Below are positions 33,090 through 43,067 of a stretch of 64,000 nucleotides of DNA, in pieces. Where the stretch lies: positions 40,423 through 104,422 of the forward strand of contig JACKFC010000017.1 of assembly GCA_020632665.1 (NCBI GenBank), read 5' to 3'. Every line of letters begins with the position of its first letter. Positions within the stretch are counted from its first letter, which is position 1. Origin of the DNA: Deltaproteobacteria bacterium. GTDB taxonomy: Bacteria; Myxococcota_A; UBA9042. Position numbers and translations under genes: made by a program. The notes below the pieces were generated by a model. The model saw only the letters and a list, made by a program, of their open reading frames with translations. It ran no database searches and was not told the DNA's origin.

Positions 33090-34738
33090 TTGTCGAGCTC
33101 CAGGAGCTGCGCGATGACCACCGGCTTGCGGTCGAGGGCGCGGCGGAAATAGCGCCGCACGTATTGCCGCAGCTCCTCCTGCACGCTCTCACGACCGAGG
33201 CCGCCGGCCAGCATCCGGGTCAACCAGGGCTGAAGCTCCGCCTCGAGCTCGCGCAGCAAGCGGCCGTCGTCGGTCCAGACGCCGCGCGCGTCCGCCGTCA
33301 ACTGTAGCGGGCCGCGGCCGAAGATCGCCGTCACCGCGACGACGCCGAACTGGCCCATCTCGTAGCGATCGTGGACGCCGAGCGAGGCCGCCGTGCCGAG
33401 CTGCCGGCCGTCGAGCAGCCACGGCTCGGCCTCGATCTCGCCGATCTTCTGCGGTCCCTCGGCGTCGAGCTCGATCACGTCGCCGTTGGTCATCAGCAGC
33501 GGCACCTCGGCGCCGACGTCGCGGGCGAGCGCGGCGTGGCGGTCGAGGAAGGTGTAGACACCGTGCACCGGCAGGAAATAGCGCGGCCGCACCAAGCCCA
33601 GCAGCCAGCGCAGCTCGTCTTCGGCGGCGTGGCCCGAGGCGTGGATGGTGTAGTTGTCGCTGCGGTGGACGACGCGGACCCCCGCCTTGGCGAAGGCGTC
33701 GAGCATGGCGTGGATGGCCTTCTCGTTGCCCGGGATCTTGCGCGACGACATCAGCAGGGTGTCGCCTTTGCGGGTCTTGATCTTCGGGTGGTCGCCGCGG
33801 GCGATGCGGGGCAGGGCGGCGCGCGGCTCGCCCTGGCTGCCGGTGCAGACCAAGACCAGCTCGTGGTCTTCGTATTGGTCGACCCGCTTGGCGTCGATCA
33901 GCACGCCGTCCGGAAGCTGCAGGCCGCCCCAGACGTCGCAGGCGTCGAGGTAGCGGAAGATCGAACGGCCGATCAACGCGACCTTTCGGCCGGCCGCGGC
34001 GGCGGCTTTGACCACGGCGTGGACGCGGTAGAGGTTCGACGAGAACAGGCCGACGAAGACGCGCCCCTTGGCCTCGGCGATGGCCTGGCGCAAACCGTCG
34101 GCGACGGTGGCTTCGGAGACGGTATGGCCCCGAACTTCGGCGTTGGTCGAGTCCGAGAGCATCGCCAGCACGCCCTCGTCACCGAAGGCGCGGAAGCCGG
34201 CTTCGTCGAAGCGGGTGCCGTCGGGTAGGCCGTCGTCGCGCTTCCAATCACCGGTGAAGAGCACGTTGCCCGCCGGCGTGCGGATCGCCAGCGAGACGCA
34301 ATCCGGCAGCGAGTGCGTGACCCGCAGCGGGCTGATCGAGACCTTGCCGAAGTGGATCGTGTCGCCCGGCGCGATCTCGTGCAGCTCGAGGTCGCCGACG
34401 CCGCGGTGGCGAGCCTTCTCTTCCAGCAGCGCGAGCGTGAACTTGGTGCCGTAGACGGGCAGGTCCAGCCGGCTCGCGACGTAGGGCACGGCGCCGATGT
34501 GATCCTCGTGGCCGTGGGTCAGCACGATGGCGCGGAGCCGATCGGCCAAGCGGTCGAGCAAGGTCAGCGAGGGCAGCACCAGGTCGGCGCCGGGTTGCAT
34601 GTGATCGGCGAAGAGCACGCCGCAGTCGAGCAGCAGCAGGTCGTCGCCATAGCCGAGGAGCATATTGTTCATGCCGATCACGCCGACGCCGCCGAGGGGC
34701 GTCAGGATCAGCCGGCCGTCGCCGTGGGGGATCGGCAT
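33086..34738 (-). CDS. rnj: Ribonuclease J (metallo-beta-lactamase/beta-CASP)
   Basis: HGHEDHIG motif, beta-CASP motifs, 550 aa. Confidence 0.9.
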   Translation of the reverse strand: MPIPHGDGRLILTPLGGVGVIGMNNMLLGYGDDLLLLDCGVLFADHMQPGADLVLPSLTLLDRLADRLRAIVLTHGHEDHIGAVPYVASRLDLPVYGTKFTLALLEEKARHRGVGDLELHEIAPGDTIHFGKVSISPLRVTHSLPDCVSLAIRTPAGNVLFTGDWKRDDGLPDGTRFDEAGFRAFGDEGVLAMLSDSTNAEVRGHTVSEATVADGLRQAIAEAKGRVFVGLFSSNLYRVHAVVKAAAAAGRKVALIGRSIFRYLDACDVWGGLQLPDGVLIDAKRVDQYEDHELVLVCTGSQGEPRAALPRIARGDHPKIKTRKGDTLLMSSRKIPGNEKAIHAMLDAFAKAGVRVVHRSDNYTIHASGHAAEDELRWLLGLVRPRYFLPVHGVYTFLDRHAALARDVGAEVPLLMTNGDVIELDAEGPQKIGEIEAEPWLLDGRQLGTAASLGVHDRYEMGQFGVVAVTAIFGRGPLQLTADARGVWTDDGRLLRELEAELQPWLTRMLAGGLGRESVQEELRQYVRRYFRRALDRKPVVIAQLLELDK

Positions 34739-34741
34739 GGC

Positions 34742-35938
34742 CTAGACCTTCTCGATGGCGATGGCGATGCCCTGGCCGCCGCCGATGCAGGCGCTGCCGA
34801 CCGCGCGCTGGCCGTCGCCGCGGAAGAGCCGCCACGCGAGGTGCTGCATGATGCGGGTGCCGCTGGCGCCGAGCGGGTGGCCGACCGCGATGGCGCCGCC
34901 GTCGACGTTGGTCTTCTCGCGCGGCAGGCCGAGGACCTTCTCCACCGCGAGGTATTGCGGCGCGAAGGCCTCGTTGACCTCGAAGACGTCGACGTCGCCG
35001 ACCGTCCACTCCGCCAGCGCGAGCGCCTTCTGCACCGCCGGCACCGGGCCGATGCCCATCACCGTCGGATCGCAGCCGACCGAGGCGTAGGAGACCACGC
35101 GCGCCAGCACCGGCCAGCCTTCGCTCGCGGCCCGCTCGGCGGTGGTGACCAGGACCGCGGCGGCGCCGTCGACGATGCCCGAGGCGTTGCCGGCGGTGAC
35201 CACGCCGCCCTTCTCGAAGACGGCCGGCAGCTTGGCGAGGCCCTCGGGCGTGGTCTCGGGGCGCGGATGCTCGTCTTTGTCGATCACCTGCTCGCCCTTG
35301 CGGGTCTTCTTCACGATGGGCGCGATCTCGTCGGCGTAGCGTCCGGCGGCGAGCGCCTCGGCGTAGCGCCGCTGGGTGCCGAGCGCGTAGGCGTCGCAAT
35401 CCTCGCGCGAGATGCCGTGCTCACGGGCCAGCTTCTCGGCGGTATTGGCCATGGCCATGCCGGTGTAGCTATCGGTCAGGCAGGACCACAGGCTGTCCTC
35501 GAAGGGCGCGGGCTGACCGAAGCGCAGGCCCCAGCGCGCGCCGCGGACGATGTGCGGCGCCTGGCTCATGCTCTCGCTGCCGACCGCGAGGGCGACGGTC
35601 GCGGTGCCCAGCTCGATCGCTGCGGCGGCTTGTGCGATGGCCTCGAAGCCCGAGCCGCAGAGCCGGTTCAGCGTCAGCGCTGGCGTGGCGATCGGCGCGC
35701 CGACCTTCAGCCCGACGTGGCGGGCGAGGTAGATGGCGTCGGCCGAGGTCTGCAGCACGTTGCCGGCGAAGACGGCGTCGATCGCGCCCGGGTCGGCGCC
35801 GATCGAGGCGACGGTGGCCTTGGCCGCTTCGACGCCGAGGTCGTTGGCCGAGAGGTCCTTGAGCGAGCCGCCGAACGCGCCGAACGGCGTCCGCTTGCCT
35901 GCACAGATCACGATCGAACGTTGCATCTTGGCCATCAC
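34742..35938 (-). CDS. Acetyl-CoA C-acetyltransferase (thiolase II)
   Basis: Catalytic Cys LNRLCGSG, C-terminal GGGQGIA and CIGGGQG. Confidence 0.9.
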   Translation of the reverse strand: MMAKMQRSIVICAGKRTPFGAFGGSLKDLSANDLGVEAAKATVASIGADPGAIDAVFAGNVLQTSADAIYLARHVGLKVGAPIATPALTLNRLCGSGFEAIAQAAAAIELGTATVALAVGSESMSQAPHIVRGARWGLRFGQPAPFEDSLWSCLTDSYTGMAMANTAEKLAREHGISREDCDAYALGTQRRYAEALAAGRYADEIAPIVKKTRKGEQVIDKDEHPRPETTPEGLAKLPAVFEKGGVVTAGNASGIVDGAAAVLVTTAERAASEGWPVLARVVSYASVGCDPTVMGIGPVPAVQKALALAEWTVGDVDVFEVNEAFAPQYLAVEKVLGLPREKTNVDGGAIAVGHPLGASGTRIMQHLAWRLFRGDGQRAVGSACIGGGQGIAIAIEKV

Positions 35939-36037
35939 TGCCTCCGTCGCGGCGGGATCGGGCCGCGGTGCCCCGCGTTCTAGGCGATGGGCAGCGGCGT
36001 TGCAATCGAAGCGGAGGTTGCGTGCCGGGCGGGCGGG

Positions 36038-36469
36038 CTATTTGAAGACGTAGAAGCGCTCGCCCTGACGGAGCCGGTTCAGCTCGCGGCGGATTGCGTC
36101 GACGCGGACGTCTTCGCGGCGCTCGAGGCCTTCCGCCCGGCTGCGCAGCAGCTCGGTGCGGGCGCGCTCTTCGGCCAACTGCGCCTCGGCGCGGCGCAGC
36201 TCGTTGCGTCGGTCGCGGACGCCGCCCTCACGGACGTAGGCGCCACCGAGGCTGTAGATGACGAGCACGGCGTAGAGCAGGCCCATTGTCCAGGAGAAGG
36301 CGCGGACGGCCTGCCGCACCCGCTCCGGCGCCGGCATCGCTTGCCGCACCGGCTCGGGCGTCTTGTGGATCACCCAGGTCTTGGTGCGATGCATCCGGTC
36401 CCGCCACACCTCGGGATCGAGCTGCGACGGGCGGTGTTTGATATTTTTCGGGGGTTGCCGCAACACCAC
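36038..36469 (-). CDS. FtsB/DivIC-like septum-formation initiator (TM + coiled coil); start may be an internal Met
   Basis: TM LLYAVLVIYSLGG, a heptad-repeat region, and a C-terminal DAIRRELNRLRQGERFYVF resembling the FtsB C-terminus. Confidence 0.55.
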   Translation of the reverse strand: MVLRQPPKNIKHRPSQLDPEVWRDRMHRTKTWVIHKTPEPVRQAMPAPERVRQAVRAFSWTMGLLYAVLVIYSLGGAYVREGGVRDRRNELRRAEAQLAEERARTELLRSRAEGLERREDVRVDAIRRELNRLRQGERFYVFK

Positions 36470-36511
36470 GCCTCCACGACCGATGCGATGGTCGCGGGCG
36501 CGATCGCGGCG

Positions 36512-38326
36512 TCAACTTTTTGTCGGCGGTTCGCGTGGAATTCGCAGCACGAAGGTCGCGCCGCCGCCCGGGGAATCCTGGTAGGCCACTTTGCCGCCGT
36601 GCGAATCGGCGAAGCGACGGACCATCGCGAGGCCGAGGCCGGTACCATCCTTCTTGCCGTGGGTCGCGAAGGCTTCGAACATGCGGTGGCGGAAGGCCGG
36701 CGGCACGCCGGGGCCGTCGTCGACGAAACGCAGCACCAAGCCTTGCTCGTCGCTGTCGATGGTGACGGTGAAGTGGCCGGTGGCGCGGCCCGTCTCGGGG
36801 TCGGTCATCGCCTCGCGGGCGTTGCGGGCGAGGTTCTGCACCACGCGGAGCAACATGAAGCGGTCGAGGCGGGCGACGCCGCGGTCGTTGGCGACCACCT
36901 CGAGCACCACGTCGTGACCGGTGAAGATCGGCTCGCAGAGCTCGGCCAACTCGTTGCGCAGCTCGGCGAGCATCACCTTCTGCACCAGGACCTCGCTGCG
37001 CCCACGGGCAAAGTCGAGGACCTCGCGCGACATATGGACGACGCGCTCGAGCTGGCGTTGCACCGAGGTGGCGAGCTCGTCGCGGCGGGTCCCGTCGTCG
37101 GTCTTCGCCATCAACTGCACGTAGCCGGAGGCGATGGTCATCGGCGTCTTGAAGTCGTGCAGCACCATCGAGAGCGCGCTGCCGAGCGAGGCCATCCGGT
37201 CCTGCCGCTCTTCCTCCTCACGGGCCAAAAAGCGGGTGATCACCCGGGCCACGCTGGAAGCGGCGACCGAGATCAGCTTGATATCGGCCTCGTCGAAGCA
37301 GCCGGCGTCGTCCTTGCGGCCGTAGAGCCCGAGCGCGCCGATGATCTCGCCGTCGCCACCTTCGAGCGGCATCGTCAGCCCGGTCGAGGGGACGAAGCCG
37401 AGGCCCTCGTCGGTGGCGAGCTCGGCGTCGGATTCGCGGTCGCCGCCACAGACGGCGCGCTCCAGCCCGGCGGCGAGGACGCGCCCGGCGAAGCCCGCAC
37501 GCCGGTCGAAGGCGATGGTCTCGATCTCGGCGTCGCCCATCCGCAGGCGATGGCTCAGCATCCCGCCGCCGCGCAGCGCCAGCGTCACCTGCGCGACGTC
37601 GCAGGGCAGGGCGCGCTGCAGCTCGTGCAGCAGCAGCTCGATGGCCGCTTCGAGTGAGAGCGCGCCGGCGACTTCGCGCTCGATCTGGTAGAGCAGATCG
37701 ATCTCGCGGACCCGCTCTTCCAACGAGGCGCGCGCCTGCTGCAGCTGCATATTGCGCATCAGCAGGCTGTGGGTGAGCTGTCCGTTGACGATGGCGATCG
37801 CGGCCATGGCCATGATCGTCCGCATCATCATCTCGTCGTCGAGAGAGAAGTAACCGGACTTCTTGTTGATCGCCTGGACGACGCCGACGATCGTGCCGTC
37901 GCGATGGCGGATCGCTTGGCAGAGCATCGAGCGGGTGCGGAAGCTGTTCTTCCGGTCCCAATCCGGGTCGAAGCGCGGATCGAGGTAGACGTCGCGGATA
38001 TTCAGATCACGGCCGGTGTGCGCGACCCAGCCGGCGATCCCCTCGCCGACCGGCAGCTGGATCTCCTTGACGTCGTCGCCTTGCGCAACGGTGCTGCGTA
38101 GGTAGCGGCCGTCGTCGCTCAGCAGGAAGAGCGAGCTCCGCTCGGCGTCGAGCAGCTCCGTCACGCCGCGCATGATCGTCTCGAGCAGCTCGTGCTCGGC
38201 CATCGGCGCCGACATGCTGCGCGCGATGCGGAGCACGATGCCCAGGCGCGGATCGATGCTCGAGCTCCGCGCCAGGAACTCTCCGGTCTCCGAGATGTCG
38301 CGCGCGGGGTTGCGCCGCTGGCTCAT
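36512..38326 (-). CDS. Cytoplasmic GAF-GAF sensor histidine kinase
   Basis: Start at Met106 (MSQRRNPARD). Two GAF domains. HisKA H-box SMVLHDFKTP. HATPase_c N-box VVQNLARNAREA, FVDDGPGV and GTGLGLA. Confidence 0.85.
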   Translation of the reverse strand: MSQRRNPARDISETGEFLARSSSIDPRLGIVLRIARSMSAPMAEHELLETIMRGVTELLDAERSSLFLLSDDGRYLRSTVAQGDDVKEIQLPVGEGIAGWVAHTGRDLNIRDVYLDPRFDPDWDRKNSFRTRSMLCQAIRHRDGTIVGVVQAINKKSGYFSLDDEMMMRTIMAMAAIAIVNGQLTHSLLMRNMQLQQARASLEERVREIDLLYQIEREVAGALSLEAAIELLLHELQRALPCDVAQVTLALRGGGMLSHRLRMGDAEIETIAFDRRAGFAGRVLAAGLERAVCGGDRESDAELATDEGLGFVPSTGLTMPLEGGDGEIIGALGLYGRKDDAGCFDEADIKLISVAASSVARVITRFLAREEEERQDRMASLGSALSMVLHDFKTPMTIASGYVQLMAKTDDGTRRDELATSVQRQLERVVHMSREVLDFARGRSEVLVQKVMLAELRNELAELCEPIFTGHDVVLEVVANDRGVARLDRFMLLRVVQNLARNAREAMTDPETGRATGHFTVTIDSDEQGLVLRFVDDGPGVPPAFRHRMFEAFATHGKKDGTGLGLAMVRRFADSHGGKVAYQDSPGGGATFVLRIPREPPTKS

Positions 38327-38589
38327 CCAAGCTCCTGCTTCGCCTCGAGAGGCAGCCCGACCATAGACGGGCAAGCGTCGGTCGGGAAGAGGGGGCGGCC
38401 GAGCGACGTTCGGCCTTGTCGCCGCGGGCCGGGGCGTGGCAATTTCCTTGCGGAGGCAGGATGCGGCACGAAGATCGCGAGCAGCGTCAGCGCAATCAGG
38501 GTTCCGAGGGCCGCGCCGGTCCGTCCGGCAAGCAATCGGCGCCACGTGGCAACGTCGCTGCGGGGCATCGCTACGCCACCGGCGCGGCC

Positions 38590-39267
38590 ATGTCGCGGCC
38601 TGACGGTACCGACGGAATGCGCGCGACCAGCGCGGGGCCACGGAGCGACGCGCTCGGCAGCGCGGCGGCGGATCTGCACCTTCGCCACGGCGCCGCGCTC
38701 GCTGCTGCCGCCGACGTCGCGGGCGTCGGGCCCGAGGCGCTGGCCGCGGTGATCCTCACCGAGCAATCCGGCCTCGGCGAGGTCGAGCCCGGCGCGATGC
38801 CGATCCGCTTCGAGCCCTACGTCTTCTGGCAGCGCACCGGACATTGGGTCGTCGCCACGCACCGCGACCAGGCCGCCGAAGCCAGCGCGCTCGACGCCGC
38901 GCGCGCGCTGGACGAAAGCGCCGCGCTCTCCTCGCTGCGGATGGGCTTGGGCCAACTCTCCGGTGCCGAGGCCGAGGCCGCCGGCTTCGCCGATGCCTCC
39001 GCGATGCACGCCGAGTTCGCCACGGACGAAGCGGCGCAGATCGCCGCGCTCGGGACGGTCGTCGCCGCCGACGCCAGCCTGCAATCGGCGATGCAGAGCG
39101 GAGATTGGGCCCACGTCGCCGCCCTGCGCGCTGGGCCGGCCTATCACGCGATCGGCTACGACGAGGGCCTCGCGGCCGCGGCCAGCGTCTACAGCGAGGC
39201 CTATGGCCACGGTGGCGGCGACGACGACGCCGACGAGCCGAAGAAGAAGCGCAAGCGCCGAGGCTGA
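38590..39267 (+). CDS. DUF3380-type N-acetylmuramidase-like protein, no signal peptide
   Basis: PIRFEPYVF...LSSLRMGLGQLSG...FATDEAAQIAALGTVV...GDWAHVAALRAGPAYHAIGYDEGLAAA matches the FEPHVF...GLMQIMG...DWxxFARxYNGP pattern of that family. Start at Met59 of the track ORF. Confidence 0.6.
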   Translation: MSRPDGTDGMRATSAGPRSDALGSAAADLHLRHGAALAAAADVAGVGPEALAAVILTEQSGLGEVEPGAMPIRFEPYVFWQRTGHWVVATHRDQAAEASALDAARALDESAALSSLRMGLGQLSGAEAEAAGFADASAMHAEFATDEAAQIAALGTVVAADASLQSAMQSGDWAHVAALRAGPAYHAIGYDEGLAAAASVYSEAYGHGGGDDDADEPKKKRKRRG

Positions 39268-39288
39268 TCCGAGCCAGCGGGCAGGCGG

Positions 39289-40404
39289 TTAGCCGCGCAG
39301 CAGGATCGCGGTCATATAGCCGGCGAAGCCCAGCAGCATCGCGATTCCGGCGCCACGGCCGATGGCCTTGGTCCGCGCCACCAGCGGCCAGAGCGCCACC
39401 GCCGCGCCGATCATCACCGCCACGTCGAAGCGCAGCAGCGCGGGGTCGACCGGCAGGGGTACGATCGCCGAGGTGATGCCGCAGATGCACAAGACGTTGA
39501 AGATATTGCTGCCGACGACGTTGCCGACGGCGATATCCGCTTCGCCCTGGCGCGCCGCCGCGACGCTGGTCACGAGCTCGGGGAGCGAGGTCCCCGCGGC
39601 GACAATGGTCAGGCCAATGACCGTCTCGGACATCCCGAGCATCCGCGCCAGCCCAGCGGCGCCCGTCACCATCGCGTCGGCGGAGAGCACGACCACGCCG
39701 AGGCCGGCGACGAACATCGCGATCGCGGTCGCCATCGGCGCGCGGCCGGCCGCCGCCAACGCCGCGAATGCGAGATAGGCCGCCAGCGCCGCGGCGAGAC
39801 CGCCCGCCTTGAAGCCGCTGAAGGCGCCTTGTTGCCAGGCGATGCCGACGCAGAGCAGGCCGAGGACGGAGAGCGCGAGGTCCATGCGCCCGAGCGCCTC
39901 TTCTTCGTCTTCGGTGGCCTGCTCGACCGACGCCAGCCGCGCTTTGCGCTCGCGCTGCGCGCCGAGGACGGTCAGCCCGACGTAGAGCGCCAGCAGGGCG
40001 CAGAGGAGCAGGCCGTCGCCCTGGCTGAGGCCACCGTCCAGCGCCAGCAACAACAACAAGACGAAGGCGCCGATCATGATCGGCAGATCGACCCGGACCA
40101 GGCGCGTCTCGACCGTCATCCGCTGCAGCAGGGCAGAGATGCCGAGGATCAGCAGGATGTTGAAGATATTGCTGCCGACGACGTTGCCGACCGCGAGCGG
40201 CGCCATATCGGCGAGGCCACTGGTGAGGCTGACGGCGAGCTCTGGTGCCGAGGTGCCGAAGGCGACGACGGTGAGTCCGACCACGAGCGGCGAGATGCCG
40301 CTGATGTGGGCCGCCTTCGCGGCGCCGCGGACCATGCCGTCGCCGCCGACCACCAAGGCGACCAAGCCGCCCAAGAAGAGGACGATGGCGAGCGCGAGCG
40401 ACAT
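39289..40404 (-). CDS. Ca2+/cation antiporter (CaCA family, YrbG-like)
   Basis: Two alpha-repeats containing GTSAPEL and GTSLPEL, about 10 TM segments. Start at Met48 of the track ORF. Confidence 0.8.
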   Translation of the reverse strand: MSLALAIVLFLGGLVALVVGGDGMVRGAAKAAHISGISPLVVGLTVVAFGTSAPELAVSLTSGLADMAPLAVGNVVGSNIFNILLILGISALLQRMTVETRLVRVDLPIMIGAFVLLLLLALDGGLSQGDGLLLCALLALYVGLTVLGAQRERKARLASVEQATEDEEEALGRMDLALSVLGLLCVGIAWQQGAFSGFKAGGLAAALAAYLAFAALAAAGRAPMATAIAMFVAGLGVVVLSADAMVTGAAGLARMLGMSETVIGLTIVAAGTSLPELVTSVAAARQGEADIAVGNVVGSNIFNVLCICGITSAIVPLPVDPALLRFDVAVMIGAAVALWPLVARTKAIGRGAGIAMLLGFAGYMTAILLRG

Positions 40405-40409
40405 CGTGG

Positions 40410-42209
40410 TCAATCTCCGGACGAGAGCACGGCGAGGAATGCGCTCTGCGGGATCTCGACGTTGCCGACCTGCTTCATCCGCTTCTTGCCCTTCTTCTGC
40501 TTCTCCAAGAGCTTGCGCTTGCGGGAGATATCGCCGCCGTAGCACTTCGCGGTCACGTCCTTGCGCAGCGCCTTGATCGTTTCACGGGCGATGATGCGGC
40601 GGGCGATGGCGGCCTGGATCGGCACGTCGAATTGCTGCCGCGGGATCAGCTTGCGCAGCCGCTCGACCAGGTCGCGTCCGCGCTCGTAGGCGGTGTCCTG
40701 GTGCACGATGAGCGAGAGCGCGTCGACGTTCTCGCCGGCGACCAGCACGTCGAGCTTGACCAGCTTGCCGGCACGGAACTCGATGACCTCGTAGTCGAGG
40801 CTGCCGTAGCCGCGGGTGACGGTCTTCAGGCGGTCGAAGAAGTCGTAGATGATCTCGGCGAGCGGCATCTCGTATTCGATGACGACGCGCTTCTCGGTGA
40901 GGTAGCGCAGGTCGCGCTGGATGCCGCGGCGCTCGGTGCAGAGCTTCACCACCGCGCCGACGTAGTCCGAGGGCGCGTGGATGGTCGCGAGGACGAAGGG
41001 CTCCTCGACCGCTTCGCGCTGGTCCGAGTCCGGGAGCTCCGCCGGCGAGCTGATCGCGCGCATCGTGCCGTCGTTCATCTTCACGTGGTAGACGACGCTC
41101 GGCGCCGTTGTGATCAGGTCACAATCGTATTCCCGCTCGAGTCGCTCCTGGATCACCTCCATGTGGAGCAGGCCGAGGAAGCCGCAGCGGAAGCCGAAGC
41201 CGAGCGCGGCCGAGGTCTCCGGCTCCCAGGTGAAGGCGGCGTCGTTCAGGCTGAGCTTCTGCAGCGCGTCACGGAGCGTCTCGTATTCGTGCGACTCGAC
41301 CGGAAAGATGCCGGAGTAGACCATCTGCTGGACTTCTTTGAAGCCCGCGAGCGGCTCGGTCGTCGGCGCCTTGGCGTGGGTCACGGTGTCGCCGATCTTC
41401 ACGTCCGAGATCTGCTTGATGCCGCAGACGATGACGCCGACCTCGCCGACCGTCAGCTCCTGCACCTCGCGGACCTGCGGCTTGTGCACGCGGACCTCGA
41501 GGACCTCGTAGTCGCGGTCGCTGGCGAGGAAGCGGACCTTGTCGCCCTTGCGCAAGGTGCCGTCGACGACGCGGATCTGCACCAGCACGCCGCGGTAGGT
41601 ATCGTATTGCGAGTCGAAGATCAGGGCCCGCAGCGCGCCGTCCTGCTTGCCGCGCGGCGGCGGGATCTCGCGCACCACCGCCTCGAGGACCTCTGCGATG
41701 CCGAGGCCGCTCTTCGCCGAGCAGAGGATCGCGCCGCTGGCGTCGAGGCCGATGCCCTCTTCGATCTCGCGACGTACCTCGTCGGGTCGCGCGGCGGGCA
41801 GGTCCACCTTGTTCAAGACGGGGATGATGGCGAGGTCGCCGTCGATCGCCAGGTAGACGTTGGCCAACGTCTGCGCTTCCACGCCCTGCGCCGCGTCGAC
41901 CACCAGCAGCGCGCCCTCGCAGGCGGCGAGCGAGCGGCTGACCTCGTAGTTGAAGTCGACGTGGCCGGGCGTGTCGATGAGGTGGAAGATGTAGGTCTCG
42001 CCGTCCTCGGCCTTGTACGTCAGTTGCACGGCCTGGCTCTTGATCGTGATGCCGCGCTCGCGCTCGAGGTCCATCGAGTCGAGATATTGCGCTTGCATCT
42101 CTCGGGCTTCGACCGCGCCGGTGGCCTCGAGGATGCGATCGGCCAACGTCGACTTGCCGTGGTCGATGTGGGCGATGATGCAGAAGTTGCGGATATGCGA
42201 GGCGATCAT
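40410..42209 (-). CDS. lepA: Elongation factor 4 (LepA)
   Basis: [20 protein letters not shown], 599 aa, LepA C-terminal domain. Confidence 0.95.
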   Translation of the reverse strand: MIASHIRNFCIIAHIDHGKSTLADRILEATGAVEAREMQAQYLDSMDLERERGITIKSQAVQLTYKAEDGETYIFHLIDTPGHVDFNYEVSRSLAACEGALLVVDAAQGVEAQTLANVYLAIDGDLAIIPVLNKVDLPAARPDEVRREIEEGIGLDASGAILCSAKSGLGIAEVLEAVVREIPPPRGKQDGALRALIFDSQYDTYRGVLVQIRVVDGTLRKGDKVRFLASDRDYEVLEVRVHKPQVREVQELTVGEVGVIVCGIKQISDVKIGDTVTHAKAPTTEPLAGFKEVQQMVYSGIFPVESHEYETLRDALQKLSLNDAAFTWEPETSAALGFGFRCGFLGLLHMEVIQERLEREYDCDLITTAPSVVYHVKMNDGTMRAISSPAELPDSDQREAVEEPFVLATIHAPSDYVGAVVKLCTERRGIQRDLRYLTEKRVVIEYEMPLAEIIYDFFDRLKTVTRGYGSLDYEVIEFRAGKLVKLDVLVAGENVDALSLIVHQDTAYERGRDLVERLRKLIPRQQFDVPIQAAIARRIIARETIKALRKDVTAKCYGGDISRKRKLLEKQKKGKKRMKQVGNVEIPQSAFLAVLSSGD

Positions 42210-42382
42210 GAACGACCTGTGGGGCGAATCGCGGGCCGGCTTGGCTCCGGATACGGGGGCGGGAAGGTAGCCGCTCCACCCCGCAAGTCAACGACGACAT
42301 CGGGGCGCGCCGGCCCGCGGCCAAAAAGACCACGGGCCCGCAGCCGTCCCGCTGCGAGCCCGCGTTCTCGGTCGACGAGCGC

Positions 42383-42649
42383 CTACTTGATGTGCTCGAC
42401 GCCCTGCTTCTTGACCTTGGCCTTCCAGACCGTCTCCGGCAGCCAGGACGGACGGTTCGACGGCGACGTCACCTGCTCGCGCCAGCCCTTGAAGACGTGG
42501 ACACGCTTGGTACCGCGCTCGCGGAGCCGGATGTCGGTGTGGCCGCGGCTGGCAGCCTTGAGGGCGGCGCCGCGGGGCTGCCGATTCGAAAAGACGATAT
42601 CGGTGTCCTTGCCGTCCTGCATCAGCACGAAGTTCTTCTTGTCAGACAT
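42383..42649 (-). CDS. MC1-like chromosomal DNA-binding protein, 88 aa
   Basis: NFVLMQDGKDTDIVFSNRQPRGAALKAASRG..IRLRERGTKRVHVFKGWREQVTSPSNRPSWLPE..KAKVKK tracks archaeal MC1 (NFVLRDEDG..VFTGKQPRQAALKAANRG..IRLRERGTKKVHVFKAWKE.V.AP.NRP.WMPEK..KPFVKK), as recalled from memory. GAGGAAG ribosome-binding site. Confidence 0.65.
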   Translation of the reverse strand: MSDKKNFVLMQDGKDTDIVFSNRQPRGAALKAASRGHTDIRLRERGTKRVHVFKGWREQVTSPSNRPSWLPETVWKAKVKKQGVEHIK

Positions 42650-42899
42650 GGTCTTCCTCACAATACCGCGCCAAGCGGGACAGTCGCCCGTGCCCTCCGG
42701 TGTCGACCCCGTGCCCGTTCTGGCCCGGTCGCTGTAGATGAATTCGGTATGGGCGACGCGAGCGGCCTTTGCAAGCCCTTTCCGCACAAAAAACCCGTGC
42801 AACCATGGCGCACTTGCGCGTATCAACGGGAGGCCCTGGCGCGCAACTCGCTGAAGCGTGGTTGAACTGCTTGAAACAACTAGCAAATCAAGATATGGC

Positions 42900-42918
42900 C
42901 TGATCCGTTCTGGATCAG
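42900..42918 (+). promoter_or_regulatory. Perfect palindrome CTGATCC-GTTCT-GGATCAG in the divergent MC1-like/slt promoter region
   Basis: Read from the sequence. Adjacent AT-richer stretch TTGAACTGCTTGAAACAACTAGCAAATCAAGATAT looks promoter-like. Confidence 0.25.
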
Positions 42919-43067
42919 CGCGCGGGCCACGACCGCCGATCGGGGCGTGATCGGCGGTGAGTTCTGGAGGCGCACCACAGCGGTGGTAGCCTGCATGCGC
43001 GCGTGGCGCGAGGAGGAACGGCTCGATGAGCAAGACGGGTTCGCAGCAGAGCAATGGCAAGAGCACG

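Noticed and set aside
34248-35983. ORFs 34248..35399(-) and 34313..35983(+)
   Set aside because: Off-frame or antisense to the thiolase and RNase J genes. The products are Arg-rich.
42899-42925. TPP-riboswitch-like CUGAUCC...GGAUCAGCG string
   Set aside because: It is a perfect palindrome rather than the asymmetric thi-box. There is no UGAGA motif upstream, and the downstream gene is a lytic transglycosylase, not a thiamine gene.
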